A stretch of DNA of 64,000 nt, taken from contig CM060732.1 in assembly GCA_030704615.1 (NCBI GenBank), positions 52,142,001 through 52,206,000 of the forward strand, given 5' to 3'. The translations under genes and the position numbers were made by a program. Shown one piece after another: positions 40,100 through 51,902 of the stretch. This DNA comes from Takakia lepidozioides. Lineage: Eukaryota; Plantae; Bryophyta. Position 1 is the first letter of the stretch, and each line of letters begins with the position of its first letter. The notes under the pieces are model-generated. The model had not been told where the DNA came from, did no database searches, and saw only the letters and a list, made by a program, of their open reading frames with translations.

Positions 40100-42750
40100 A
40101 CACCCAAGTTCAAAGCTCGAGTGTACGAAGAGTAGTCGAGCTTAAGAACAAGGGGGGGCCCGTTTACCCTCAACTGAGCGTTGCGTCTGTTGATCGAGTA
40201 GAGCGGATCTGAGGTCGTAAGAGATCTTGGTGAAGCAACTGCGGATGAACGCCGCCGGATAACCTCCGGCTCGAAGACGTTTGTAAAACAAAAGTCGCAA
40301 ATGGTTGAACCCTTGGATGGTGCTTTCTCGTGTTACGTACCATTGATGACGAAAGCTTTCTTTTGGTGATGTGGATGCCACGAGGACCAAGGCAAGTACT
40401 GATACTTATTCTGGGCCTTTTGATGACATCTGGTAGAGAGCTGTTGAGTTTGGATGAAGTCGTCTCCTTTGAAGAAGGTGATATCCAAGATGTCGGCGGA
40501 CGTCGGGCTTATGGCGGTCGTGATTTTGATGCCATCAAACATGGAACCGTAGTTCCGTAACCAGGACCAGAGGCTCTTTTTGGAGCCTACCCAGATGCCA
40601 AAGCCGTCGTCGATATAGCGCTTAAGATAAAGCAGCTCTCGCTCTGATGGGCACACGTACTCCATGTACATCTCCAACCGACAAAGGAACAAACAAGCAT
40701 AAACAACTGCAAAGTTGCTCCCCATCGCCGTCCCACGAATTTAGTGCCAAAAACTACCATTGAACTCAAGGTAATGGTGTTTCAAGACTAATCCAGCGAG
40801 GTTCATGATCAGGTCTTTTTTGTGTTTGGTGAAATTACCTCCAATAGCACATTCAAACTCCTACAAGCCGAGCTCAGTGATGATGCTGGCCGGATATAGA
40901 GATTCCACGTCAAACGTAAAAAGAAAAGCATGCAAGGGGACCTCGAGTTGGGAAACCTCTCAAAGAAGCGTGAGAGAATCAACCAAATGAGTGGGTTCCT
41001 TGAGAAGTACCGGAAAGAGTTGATGATGGAGCCAAATTGAAGCATGCTCGAAGATGTAGTTGTTGTAGGAACAAATAGATCTTCCAACAAGCACGGGTTT
41101 GTGCACCTTCAGAATGAAGTACAAAGCACAAGCTCGAAAGTCCATGGACGACTGAGGGCGTTGGCGGATGTAATTCCATTCTTTGGTGGAGATCGCAAAC
41201 CTGTAGATTGGATGACAAGCTAGCACTTCCAACCTCGACCAAAGTTCTTCCCACGGTACGGAATCTACGGTCCGACGATAAACTTCGGTGTCTGAGAGTT
41301 GTCGCATCGCCTCTTGCATGTACCAAGACTTGTCCATAAGCACAAGACCAAGATTTTTGTCGGCCGGCTTGATGACAAGGTGCGGATCCGCCCTCAATCT
41401 TTTGAGAGCAAGTCTCAAGTGAATTCGGTGATGATTGAAGATCGGGAAGGGGGAAGAGGACGAGGAATGTAATTGAGACCAAGGCCCAGGAGTTGTCACT
41501 CCGCAAAGGAGAGAACCCTCTTGCTATAGTTGTGGATAGCAGTGTTGGTGACCTTGCATTCCACTTGGGAGGGAGTCTTCCTAGCAAAGAGCAACAAAGC
41601 GTAATCCTTCGAGTCTACGAGCGGGTACCAGAAGAGACTCTTCGTGTGCCCCCGCGTCTGTGAGGAGGTACGTATGGCCTCTTCGTCTTCGTCGTGGCCG
41701 GTTTTCTGTTGACCCTCGCTAAAGGTTTTCGGCCTCCCATACCAAAACCGGTTGTGCGGCTCGGGCCTGACCTCTTGTTGAAAGAAGGTGACGCAACAAA
41801 ACGGGTAGAGACTCAGGTACCTTTCTGCTACTTGCCGTTTCCCAACTTTCCGCTAGGATTCGCCTTAGGCTTATTAGCCGGTTTAGTCCCAAGCTTCTGG
41901 GCCTTAGGTTTCACCTGGATGGAATTCACCACCTTCTTCACCTCCTTGAGTACTTCCTTGACCACCTTGCGTTTCACGAGGGTAGCAATGGATGGTTCCA
42001 GAGGGAGGGTCCCCGCTTCTTCCATAGCACCTTCTCGAGCAACGTTGCGAGCAACGATAGCCGCGGCCTTGCTGACGTCGGAAAGTTGTTTGTGAATGAG
42101 AAATGCATCTACATGAGTAATAAAGAGATTGCTAAGATGAAGATGCCACGACTCAATGGAAAACTAAGACTTGTCACCTATCAAATTTAAGGATCGTAAA
42201 GGCGAAATCAAATCCGAGAGGCGAGTCTCAAAGACCGGTTTCGATTGCTCGAGCTTGTGGGTCAAGCTAGCAAGTCGAGATTCTTGGGCTTTGATGAGTG
42301 CTTCAAAACACTTGATCCGATATGCGGTTGTACATTCGGCCAGGCTCGCATCAAGGACAGATTGGGCCTCGGGATCTCCTATTTGAAGTTTAGGAGAACT
42401 CATTCTAAGGGAGTTGGGTATGGTGCCTTCTTCGAATTGCACTCGCAATTTTTCAAGGTACTTGGAAGTCTTTTCATGCTCATGCCTAAGACTTTTGAGT
42501 TCCTTGACCGATGTATGCACAAATACAAGCAAAGGGGGCTCTACGCGAGAGGGAGTTTATGGCATGCACTATTGTATAGACACAGAGCACATAACAATGC
42601 AATGATCTAAAGCAAGGGATACAAACGCATCTAAAACTCGACAACTTCAAAGGGTGAGACCACGAGGCAAGATCATGCAAAGTAGTGAAGCCAAATCTTT
42701 ATAAACCCCAGACTAGTTTCGCTCAGCACGTGAGCTCATCAGTGGGAACG
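40100..42750 (-). mobile_element. Penelope-like retroelement 1 (PLE-1; degenerate; ORF1 ~42565-41640 coiled-coil/basic, RT ~41600-40100), no GIY-YIG seen
   Basis: VIKPADKNLGLVLMDKSWY, LKVHKPVLVGRSI, FTFDVESLYPxI, GTAMGSNFAVVYACLF, KRYIDDGFGIW, DILDITF, YLPWSSWHPHHQK, RAGGYP: PLE-type RT motifs. Confidence 0.85.
42706..42747 (-). ncRNA. Minimal type I hammerhead ribozyme (PLE-1)
   Basis: UCCCA-CUGAUGA-GCUCA-cgugc-UGAGC-GAAA-CUA-GUC/UGGGG: intact core, stems I and II, palindromic ACUAGU in place of stem III. Confidence 0.85.
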
Positions 42751-43481
42751 AAAAGGAATGAGATACAAACCCCACCCCCCGCTTATATACTACTAGGAGT
42801 GAACTGCCTCGTGTGGACAATCTTCCAGTGGATGTCTCGTGAGGAGAAAAACCATCCACCAGATATTTTGTACGGAGAAGATCGTCCAAAAAGTCTTGGT
42901 GGGAGAAAGTCATCCAGTGGATGAAAACAAGTTCTCGACAAGAGAGAACCAGATCCAAAAAATAAAAATCAATCAAATAGTCAATTGCATATCTCTCAAA
43001 TACAACTAATTCCGTGAGTTTATGACTATGCAACAACCAATTATGCTGAAGTTAGAGCATGTTGTGCAAAGTCATAAGGGCTGAAACCACTTCGAAAGGA
43101 ACGCAAAACTCGTAAGAGCTTTGCACACGTAGACCATCGCGCAACCATCGTCTTGCTAAAGCCTGCAGCTGTGTTGTCCTGAACGTGTCCAACCACAATC
43201 CCCACCTTCCGATCTCCAAGAAGAAACACGGCTCAGTCTTCGTATTGTTGCCTCATCAAATGAATGAGCAGCTTGGTCAAAAAAATGAAGATCAACATCT
43301 GTCAAGCTCATTCAAAGAAAGAAATTCCAGCATTGGCAGTTAGCATCTTTTGACAAACATATGGTTTGTTGGAAAAAAACGAAGAATTTACGTTCCTATT
43401 TAGTTCGTGCTAAGCTACAATAGAATCAACTATATTAAAGGAGATATTCTTGGTTTACAGGCATAAGTTGGAAACTGGTTC

Positions 43482-44311
43482 CACTACAACAGATCGCGGT
43501 ATTTATGACTGTATATATAACTATTCTATAGTCATAAACGGTACATATGACTTTTATGACTGTAAGTCGTGCAAACCAAGTGAATACAATGAGTACAGGA
43601 TGGTACGGTCCGGATGACTACAGTCAGATGAACCAAGTAATATCTCTCACTGCAGTCATATATACCATACTGCAGTCGCCGCTGCCTCGCCACGTGGCGA
43701 GGCGCAATTGATTAAAAAAAAATTTTAAAAAAAAAAACATATGTCAGACGTCGCGTCACACCGCATTGTGCCACGTGGCATAATGCATTTTATAATAATG
43801 AAAAAACCATGTGGCAACCCATCTAGGGTACCACGTGCTACCCCTAGCTCGCTTATTAACCCTAGGGCCATCTTATCCATTTGATTGTACTTAGAGGAGT
43901 TTGAACCTGCAACCTCTTAACTATAAGAGTTATAGTTCATTACCCACTAACCAATACATCCATTAGTCATTCATGTGATCATTTGGTGTTTTAATTGTAT
44001 TATACACACCAAATTACAAAATCCCCAGTAGTCATCATGACTGTGTAACCTCATCCATGTACAATGTAGTCATGAAAATGACTATGCATGGTGAGCTAAA
44101 TTTGGTCAATCGTCATTGATCAGCCTTCCGCCCATTTCGGAGCCATGTAGTCATACAGACGACTACTTAGATAGTCGTTCATATGACTACGGTCGTATGA
44201 ACGACTGTGGGAGGTCAATTTCATATAAAAACATGGTGCAGTCATGGTCAAAGTCAAGAAAACCATGACTACCACGGTTGGCAGTCATAACTACCGCGAT
44301 CTGTTGTAGTG
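43482..44311. mobile_element. Non-autonomous CACTA element, copy 1
   Basis: TIR CACTACAACAGATCGCGGTA...TACCGCGATCTGTTGTAGTG, 3-bp TSD TTC, many ATGACT/AGTCAT subterminal repeats. Confidence 0.9.
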
Positions 44312-44548
44312 TTCTGAAACTTGAGCATTCTCGATATACTCAAGCTCTAAACCTTGGGGGAGTCCTAAACACTAAACTACATGAGCATCTTCTGAAAGTT
44401 CCGCAGTTAGCATTTTTTGACAAACATATGGTTTGTTGGAAAAAAACGAAGAATTTACGTTCCTATTTAGTTCGTGCTAAGCTACAATAGAATCAACTAT
44501 ATTAAAGGAGATATTCTTGGTTTACAGGCATAAGTTGGAAACTGGTTC

Positions 44549-45379
44549 CACTACAACAGATCGCGGTATTTATGACTGTATATATGACTATTCTATAGTC
44601 ATAAACGGTACATATGACTTCTATGACTGTAAGTCGTGCAAACCAAGTGAATACAATGAGTACAGGATGGTACGGTCCGGATGACTACAGTCAGATGAAC
44701 CAAGTAATATCTCTCACTGCAGTCATATATACCATACTGCAGTCGCCGCTGCCTCGCCACGTGGCGAGGCGCAATTGATTAAAAAAAAAAATTTAAAAAA
44801 AAAACATATGTCAGACGTCGCGTCACACCGCATTGTGCCACGTGGCATAATGCATTTTATAATAATGAAAAAACCATGTGGCAACCCATCTAGGGTACCA
44901 CGTGCTACCCCTAGCTCGCTTATTAACCCTAGGGCCATCTTATCCATTTGATTGTACTTAGAGGAGTTTGAACCTGCAACCTCTTAACTATAAGAGTTAT
45001 AGTTCATTACCCACTAACCAATACATCCATTAGTCATTCATGTGATCATTTGGTGTTTTAATTGTATTATACACACCAAATTACAAAATCCCCAGTAGTC
45101 ATCATGACTGTGTAACCTCATCCATGTACAATGTAGTCATGAAAATGACTATGCATGGTGAGCTAAATTTGGTCAATCGTCATTGATCAGCCTTCCGCCC
45201 ATTTCGGAGCCATGTAGTCATACAGACGACTACTTAGATAGTCGTTCATATGACTACGGTCGTATGAACGACTGTGGGAGGTCAATTTCATATAAAAACA
45301 TGGTGCAGTCATGGTCAAAGTCAAGAAAACCATGACTACCACGGTTTGGCAGTCATAACTACCGCGATCTGTTGTAGTG
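44549..45379. mobile_element. Non-autonomous CACTA element, copy 2
   Basis: Same TIRs and TTC TSD. Confidence 0.9.
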
Positions 45380-45617
45380 TTCTGAAACTTGAGCATTCTC
45401 GATATACTCAAGCTCTAAACCTTGGGGGAGTCCTAAACACTAAACTACATGAGCATCTTCTGAAAGTTCCGCAGTTAGCATTTTTTGACAAACCTATGGT
45501 TTGTTGAAAAAAAACGAGGAATTTTACATTCCTATTTAGTTCGTGCTAAGCTACAATAGAATCAACTATATTAAAGGAGATATTCTTGGTTTACAGGCAT
45601 AAGTTGGAAACTGGTTC

Positions 45618-46448
45618 CACTACAACAGATCGCGGTATTTATGACTGTATATATGACTATTCTATAGTCATAAACGGTACGTATGACTTCTATGACTGTA
45701 AGTCGTGCAAACCAAGTGAATACAATGAGTACAGGATGGTACGGTCCGGATGATACAGTCAGATGAACCAAGTAATATCTCTCACTGCAGTCATATATAC
45801 CATACTGCAGTCGCCGCTGCCTCGCCACGTGGCGAGGCGCAATTGATTAAAAAAAATTAAAAAAAAAAAAAAACATATGTCAGACGTCGCGTCACACCGC
45901 ATTGTGCCACGTGGCATAATGCATTTTATAATAATGAAAAAACCATGTGGCAACCCATCTAGGGTACCACGTGCTACCCCTAGCTCGCTTATTAACCCTA
46001 GGGCCATCTTATCCATTTGATTGTACTTAGAGGAGTTTGAACCTGCAACCTCTTAACTATAAGAGTTATAGTTCATTACCCGCTAACCAATACATCCATT
46101 AGTCATTCATGTGATCATTTGGTGTTTTAATTGTATTATACACACCAAATTACAAAATTCCCAGTAGTCATCATGACTGTGTAACCTCATCCATGTACAA
46201 TGTAGTCATGGAAATGACTAAACATGGTGAGCTAAATTTGGTCAATCGTCATTGATCAGCCTTCCGCCCATTTCGGAGCCATGTAGTCATACAGACGACT
46301 ACTTAGATAGTCGTTCATATGACTACGGTCGTATGAACGACTGTGGGAGGTCAATTTCATATAAAAACATGATGCAGTCATGGTCAAAGTCAAGAAAACC
46401 ATGACTACCACGGTTTGGCAGTCATAACTACCGCGATCTGTTGTAGTG
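45618..46448. mobile_element. Non-autonomous CACTA element, copy 3
   Basis: Same TIRs and TTC TSD. Confidence 0.9.
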
Positions 46449-46821
46449 TTCTGAAACTTGAGCATTCTCGATATACTCAAGCTCTAAACCTTGGGGGAGT
46501 CCTAAACCCTAAACTACATAAGCATCTTCTGAAAGTTCCGCAATTAGCATTTTTTGACAAACCTATGGTTTGTTGAAAAAAAACGAGGAATTTTACATTC
46601 CTATTTAGTTCGTGCTAAGCTACAATAGAATCAACTATATTAAAGGAGATATTCTTGGCTTACAGGCATAAGTTGGAAAAAAAACTTTTTCTTTTTTAGA
46701 AAAAAAAACCTAAAATATATTTTTAATTGTCTTTTTATCTTATGCTCTTTTTGAGACAACACTCATTCAACAGTAAATAAGCTGGCGGTGAGGCTCATTG
46801 TACTTCACTCCATTTCTTTCT

Positions 46822-46863
46822 TTCCACTGAAGAGCTCAGATTTTGAGCGAAACTAGTCTGGGG
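46822..46863 (+). ncRNA. Minimal type I hammerhead ribozyme in upstream pLTR
   Basis: UUCCA-CUGAAGA-GCUCA-gauuu-UGAGC-GAAA-CUA-GUC/UGGGG. Confidence 0.85.
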
Positions 46864-48800
46864 CTTATAAAGATTTGCTAGTATTCTGCATATAAGTGTG
46901 TTTTGTCTCACTTTCTCTTTTGTGTTGTTGTACCTTACAATTGCATTGTTTAAACTCTCTGTTTAGTCTTGTCTTTGCTGCTAGGTTTGTTCTCTAGTGT
47001 GTGTTTTCTCTTCCATAAGAGATAGGTTTATGTTATACAATATTTACGGTGAAACAGTCTCAGTCATACACTTTAGTCATTTGCATGTCTGTGCAATTGC
47101 ACTTTAGAACATATCAATATCACTTATATCCTACATTGAGTTTTCATATAGATATCTTGAAGTTTTTTTCGGTGCGTAACCGGCCCTCCCCTAAAAAAAA
47201 TTTAGTTTGCATTGTGTTATTATTGCACCCCTTGCATTCACGGTACCCGCGGACAAAAATCTTGGGTTGGTGATCATGCGTAAGGATTGGTACATGGATG
47301 AGGCACACCGCCAACTCCACGATGGACAGGTTTATGAATCTGTGGCAGAGATTCCATGGGACAATCTCAAGTATGATTTGGATGCAGTGCTCACTTCTGC
47401 TTTTATGCGGAAATTGATCGACAAGCAGGAAAAGGATTTTTTGGCTTTCAAGCCCCAAGGGGGTTATCGACCCTGCATGTTCTATCTTGTGCCCAAAATG
47501 CACAAACCTGTGGTGGTTGGGAGACCATTTTGTTCGTACAATGGGTACCTTTTTGAACACGCATCCAAGTGGTTACATTACCATTTGTTTCCTATTTTGC
47601 TTTAGGAACGTAATCATTTGATAGATTCAATTTCTTTGTTGAAAGATCTGTCGAGTAGACAACTTCCTCGATATGTGCTTCTATTCACCTTTGATGTGGA
47701 GTCATTGTACCCTAGCATTCCTACTGGAGACGGGCTTCGACGATTGAAGGACATGATTACCGGCAAGTTCAAGTCACACCGGTTTGAAGGACTCGTCATG
47801 AGTCTTTCTCACATGGTCTTGGAGAACAACTATCTTCAATTTGGCTCGAGTTATTGGCATCAAATCCGATGCACTGCAATGGGTAGCAATTTTGTTGTTG
47901 TGTATGCTTGTCTTTTTCTTTGCAGCTTAGAAAGAGAGTTGGCTTGTGCAGCAAGAGATATATGGCCTTTGTACTACGATGATGGATTTGGAATCTGGGA
48001 AGGATCTCGGGCAAGTTTGGAGACTTAGCTCGATCTATACAACTCTCTCAGTCCCACAATTCGCATTCAAAAGGTGATCTCTGACTCTACTGTTGACATT
48101 CTTGATATTCAATTCTTCAAGGGAGCTGATTTTGTCAATAGTGGGTTCTATCTTCGAGATGTCATCAGAAGGCACTCAACAGATATTAGTACTTGTCATG
48201 GACGTCCTGTCATCCGCGACACCAAAAACGAGCATTCATCATTGGTGAGCTACGCCGATACACTTTGAGAGAAAACACATGTGCAGGTTTTTCAGAGATT
48301 AGACGACTGCGTGCTCGAGGCTATCCAAAGTCTTTTATCTTAGAGTATTTTAGACTATGTGACTATGCACAACGTGCTACACTGTTAGTTTCAGAATCCA
48401 CTCATAAGTTGATCGGTAAGCGGGCCCCCTTGGTTCTAAAACTTGAGCATTCTCGATATACTCAAGCTCTAAACCTTGGGGGAGTCCTAAACCCTAAACT
48501 GCATGAGCATTTTCTGAAAGTTCCGTAGTTAGCATCTTTTGACAAACCTATGGTTTGTTGGAAAAAAACGAGGAATTTACGTTCATATTTAGTTCGTGCT
48601 AAGTTACAATAGAGTCAATTATATTAAAAGAGATATTCTTGGCTTACAGACATAAGTTGGAAAAAGAATTTTTTCTTTTTTAGAAAAAAAACCTTTTCTC
48701 GACTAAAGTTGTCTTTTTATCTTATGCTCTTTTCGAGACAACACTTATTCGACAGTATATAAGCTGGCGGTGAGGCTCATTGTACTTCACTCCATTTCTT

Positions 48801-48840
48801 CCCACTGAAGAGCTCAGATTTTGAACAAAACTAGTCTGAG
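48801..48840 (+). ncRNA. Degenerate hammerhead in downstream pLTR (probably inactive)
   Basis: CCCA-CUGAAGA-GCUCAgauuuUGAAC-AAAA-CUAGUC-UGAG: G>A changes in stem II, in GAAA and in stem I. Confidence 0.65.
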
Positions 48841-49288
48841 GCTTATAAAGATTTGCTAGTATTTTGCATATAAGTGTGTTTGTCTCACTTTCTCCTTTGT
48901 GTTGTTGTACCTTACAGTTGCATTGTTTAGATTGTCTGTCTAGTCTTGCCTTCGCTGCTAGGTTTGTTTTCTAGTGTGTGTTTTCTCTTCCATAAGAGAT
49001 AGGTTTCTGTTATCATGTATTTACGGTGTAACAGTCTCAGTCATACACTTTAGTCATTTGCATGTTTTTGCAAATGCACTTTAGAACATATCAACATCAC
49101 TCATATCCTACCTTTTTGTCTTCAGAATCATCTCTTTGAGTTTTTCTATAGATATCTTGAAGTTTTTTTCGGAGCATAACCGGCCCCCTTAATTTTTTTT
49201 TAGTCTGCACTATGCTACTATTACACCCGGTGCATTCGTGGTTCGAATTTGTTGTACTGCTACATTTATAGTTCCAATCTTTTTGTAG

Positions 49289-49324
49289 ACCCTAGACCCT
49301 AAACCCTAAATCCTAAACCCTAAA
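49289..49324 (+). repeat. Interstitial telomeric repeats (CCCTAAA)~5
   Basis: accctagaccctaaaccctaaatcctaaaccctaaa, ~45 bp 3' of the PLE-2 pLTR. Confidence 0.8.
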
Positions 49325-49443
49325 TTAATGCTTTAGTGGCATTATTATTGCCTTGGGAATTATCCCATATCGTTTGCACATAGTGAGGGTGCTATTCTAG
49401 TATATAAGGATAGGCTTGGCTCTTAGGACTTCATCTCTTGGTG

Positions 49444-49486
49444 TTCCACTGATGAGCTTGAGCAATCAAGTGAAACTTGTTTGGAA
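49444..49486 (+). ncRNA. Minimal hammerhead ribozyme of a different sequence family
   Basis: UUCCA-CUGAUGA-GCUUGA-gcaa-UCAAGU-GAAAC-UU-GUU/UGGAA; GNRA-capped stem II, GUU cleavage triplet. Confidence 0.7.
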
Positions 49487-50339
49487 TAAAACACCTTAAC
49501 TCTTTTTGTGTCTCCACACTTAGAGAAGTCGAGAATCTAGTCCTTGCCCACCCGGGCTACTTGGATCGAAGGGGTGCTCGGCTCCAAGGGGAATCCCAAC
49601 CCTTGGATACTTCCGAGGCTTTTTTTCTTTCCGAAGCACGGGCGTATAGAGCCTTCCGTTTGACGCCATCTTAGCCACCGCTTACAATGGAGAAGGCGGC
49701 TAGGGGTATATGGTAATCGTGTCGGGCAAGCTAATTTAGCCCCGACTACACGGTTCCCCCTGTCGTACGCCCGATGATCGGAGAGAAGGGACTTGGTTGA
49801 TCCTCCCTCGAGTTCATCTCGAGCGATCATAGGACTATGGACATGCGCAAGCCTTTGCCGACCTAACCTTCTCGTCGATGACCTTATGCGGTAATCCCTC
49901 CCATTCTTCCTTAGAAGTACGAACCTCTTTTTGAAGGTGGGGCATATAAGTTTTCCAACTAGGGGTTGAGACTTGACCCTATGTTTGTGAGTGCCTTGAG
50001 CGCATGCTTGCCCATAGTGAGCAAGATTTTTTGTCGCTAAACAAGGAGAAGCAAACATAAAAAAGCTTACGGTTGGAGCGAAAGTGCCTCATTTTTCAAT
50101 TAGAGAACCTTATCTCATGAGGGCGGGAGTCCTTGCATAAGACATAATAGTCTTATAGCATCTCTTTAGACACGATAGGTGCACTATGTATGCATTTGTC
50201 TTGGTTTCCATTGCATTTGTATTTCGGTCCGAACCGGCCCCCCTTAAAATTTAATGTATATTTTTCCAGTATTTTTTCTATTTTTTGTTACCTTTGCAAG
50301 CCTTTGTTGACAACCCTAAACCCTTTGAAGTTGTTGAGT

Positions 50340-50445
50340 TTTTCGAAGTTGTCGAGTTTTAGATGCGTTTGTATCCCCTGCTTTATATTGTTATGTGCTC
50401 TGTGTCTATACGATAGTGCATGCCATAAACTCCCTCTCGAGTAGC
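50340..50445 (+). mobile_element. Inverted partial copy of the PLE-1 5'/ORF1-start region
   Basis: gaagttgtcgagttttagatgcgtttgtatccc...gcatgccataaactccctctcg is the reverse complement of ~42541-42650; preceded by accctaaaccct. Confidence 0.75.
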
Positions 50446-51902
50446 GCATGTGAGATATGCATCTAAGTTGTTCCTAGTGTGTCCATTCTCTTGCAAAATA
50501 GAGATAGGGTTCTATTCTCCTGTGCATCTTAGGGTATAGGGTTTAGGATAAACAAGGTATCAAAGACCAAAAAAAATATGTAAGAATGTATAGAACCTAT
50601 AAAACCTTTCAGTCAAATATCCCAACTAATTTATTGTACCCCGAAGCTGGAATTTGCTTTTTATAATGAGCTTCGTACATGGATATGAGGTAAAATAGGG
50701 TATAGGGTTTAGGATAAGCACAAACTTCAATGACAAAAAAAATGCAAGAATGCTTAGGACCTATACAAATTTTCAATCAAATATCCCAACCACTCTAGTA
50801 TAGTATTCCAAAGTTAAAAACTAAAAGCTAAAAACCCAAAGCTATAACTTGTTTTCTTTCAAACATGGATATGAGGTCTTAAGGTATAGGTTTAAAAGAA
50901 ACGAAAGTACCAATGCCAAACAAATTTGATGATGTTTAGCACCTATAAAAAATTTCAATCAAATATCTCAACCACTTTATTATACTCCAAAGTTGAAAAA
51001 ATGATTCATTTCAATGAACCTCAAACGTTTGAATGAGGTTCTAGGGTATAGGGTTTGGGATAAGCCAAAGTTCTATTAGGTACAAAAAAATATGGAAGAG
51101 TCTTTAGAACCTATAAAAATTTGCAAATCAGTCTATTCTCCAAATTAAGATTGAGTATAATAGATATTTTAATTCAGCAATCAAAATCATCGAGGTTTGA
51201 ATCATTTATATGAAAACATAAAGTTGGGTATCCTAACTTTCGTTATCTGGTTGAAGATTTGATGCTTCCAAATTTGCTTTAGCTTTGTCCGCCTCTCGAA
51301 CACTTATCTTTTTTGTGCGTACTTTTGTTGTATTTTTTCTTGCTAGTGTCAAGGACGAGAACATGACTGAACACAAACAAGAGATCAGACTAGAGGTACA
51401 AGACTAGACAAGAAGTCAAGGTCGGCGTGGCCGAGTGCATGGTGGGTAAACATGCATCAAGATGATCTTTATAACAATGGACAAGAGTACAAGATACTGG
51501 AACTCGACTTGAATACTGGAATGTTGGAAACTGGGCTGGAGTACCAGATACTAGAAACTGGACCAGAGTACTGGAATTGGAAACAAGAGTAGTTTGAACT
51601 TATGTTGGCGAGACTGAATAGTGTCTAGTCTCGCCTCCTATATATACTGGCTACTAGGAAGTTCGCTAAGAAGCATGTAGCACGTAAGACTGAGGAGGAC
51701 TTGAAAGAAGTCCAAAAAGGTGTGATAGCCCTGGAGGGTCAGTGGAAGCACGTGGACTCCTGCACAAGTCGACAAAAACCCATTTTGAACACAATGATGC
51801 AATGCACAAGTCCAACGAAGAGGATGTCTCTCATGTGCACTTTGCCTTAAGAACAGTGATTCTGGGTATTGAAACAACAATGCAAACATCCACAGGTTGA
51901 AC

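Larger units (their letters stand above)
43340..46680 (+). repeat. Tandem triplication (~1068-bp period) of a PLE RT 3'-end fragment carrying a CACTA insertion
   Basis: Near-identical units; junction cataagttggaaa|ctggttc at ~43475, 44542, 45611; PLE part matches 48431-48663. Confidence 0.9.
46452..49242 (+). mobile_element. Penelope-like retroelement 2 (PLE-2), endonuclease-less: pLTR (46452-47252) - RT (47250-48611, stops/frameshifts) - pLTR (48437-49242)
   Basis: VPADKNLGLVIMRKDWY, PKMHKPVVVGRP, FTFDVESLYPSI, AMGSNF, YYDDGFGIW, SCHPRHQKR, RARGYP; frame ends at NLRSYLVRAKLQ* with no GIY-YIG; ~800-bp direct repeats overlap the RT 3' end. Confidence 0.85.
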
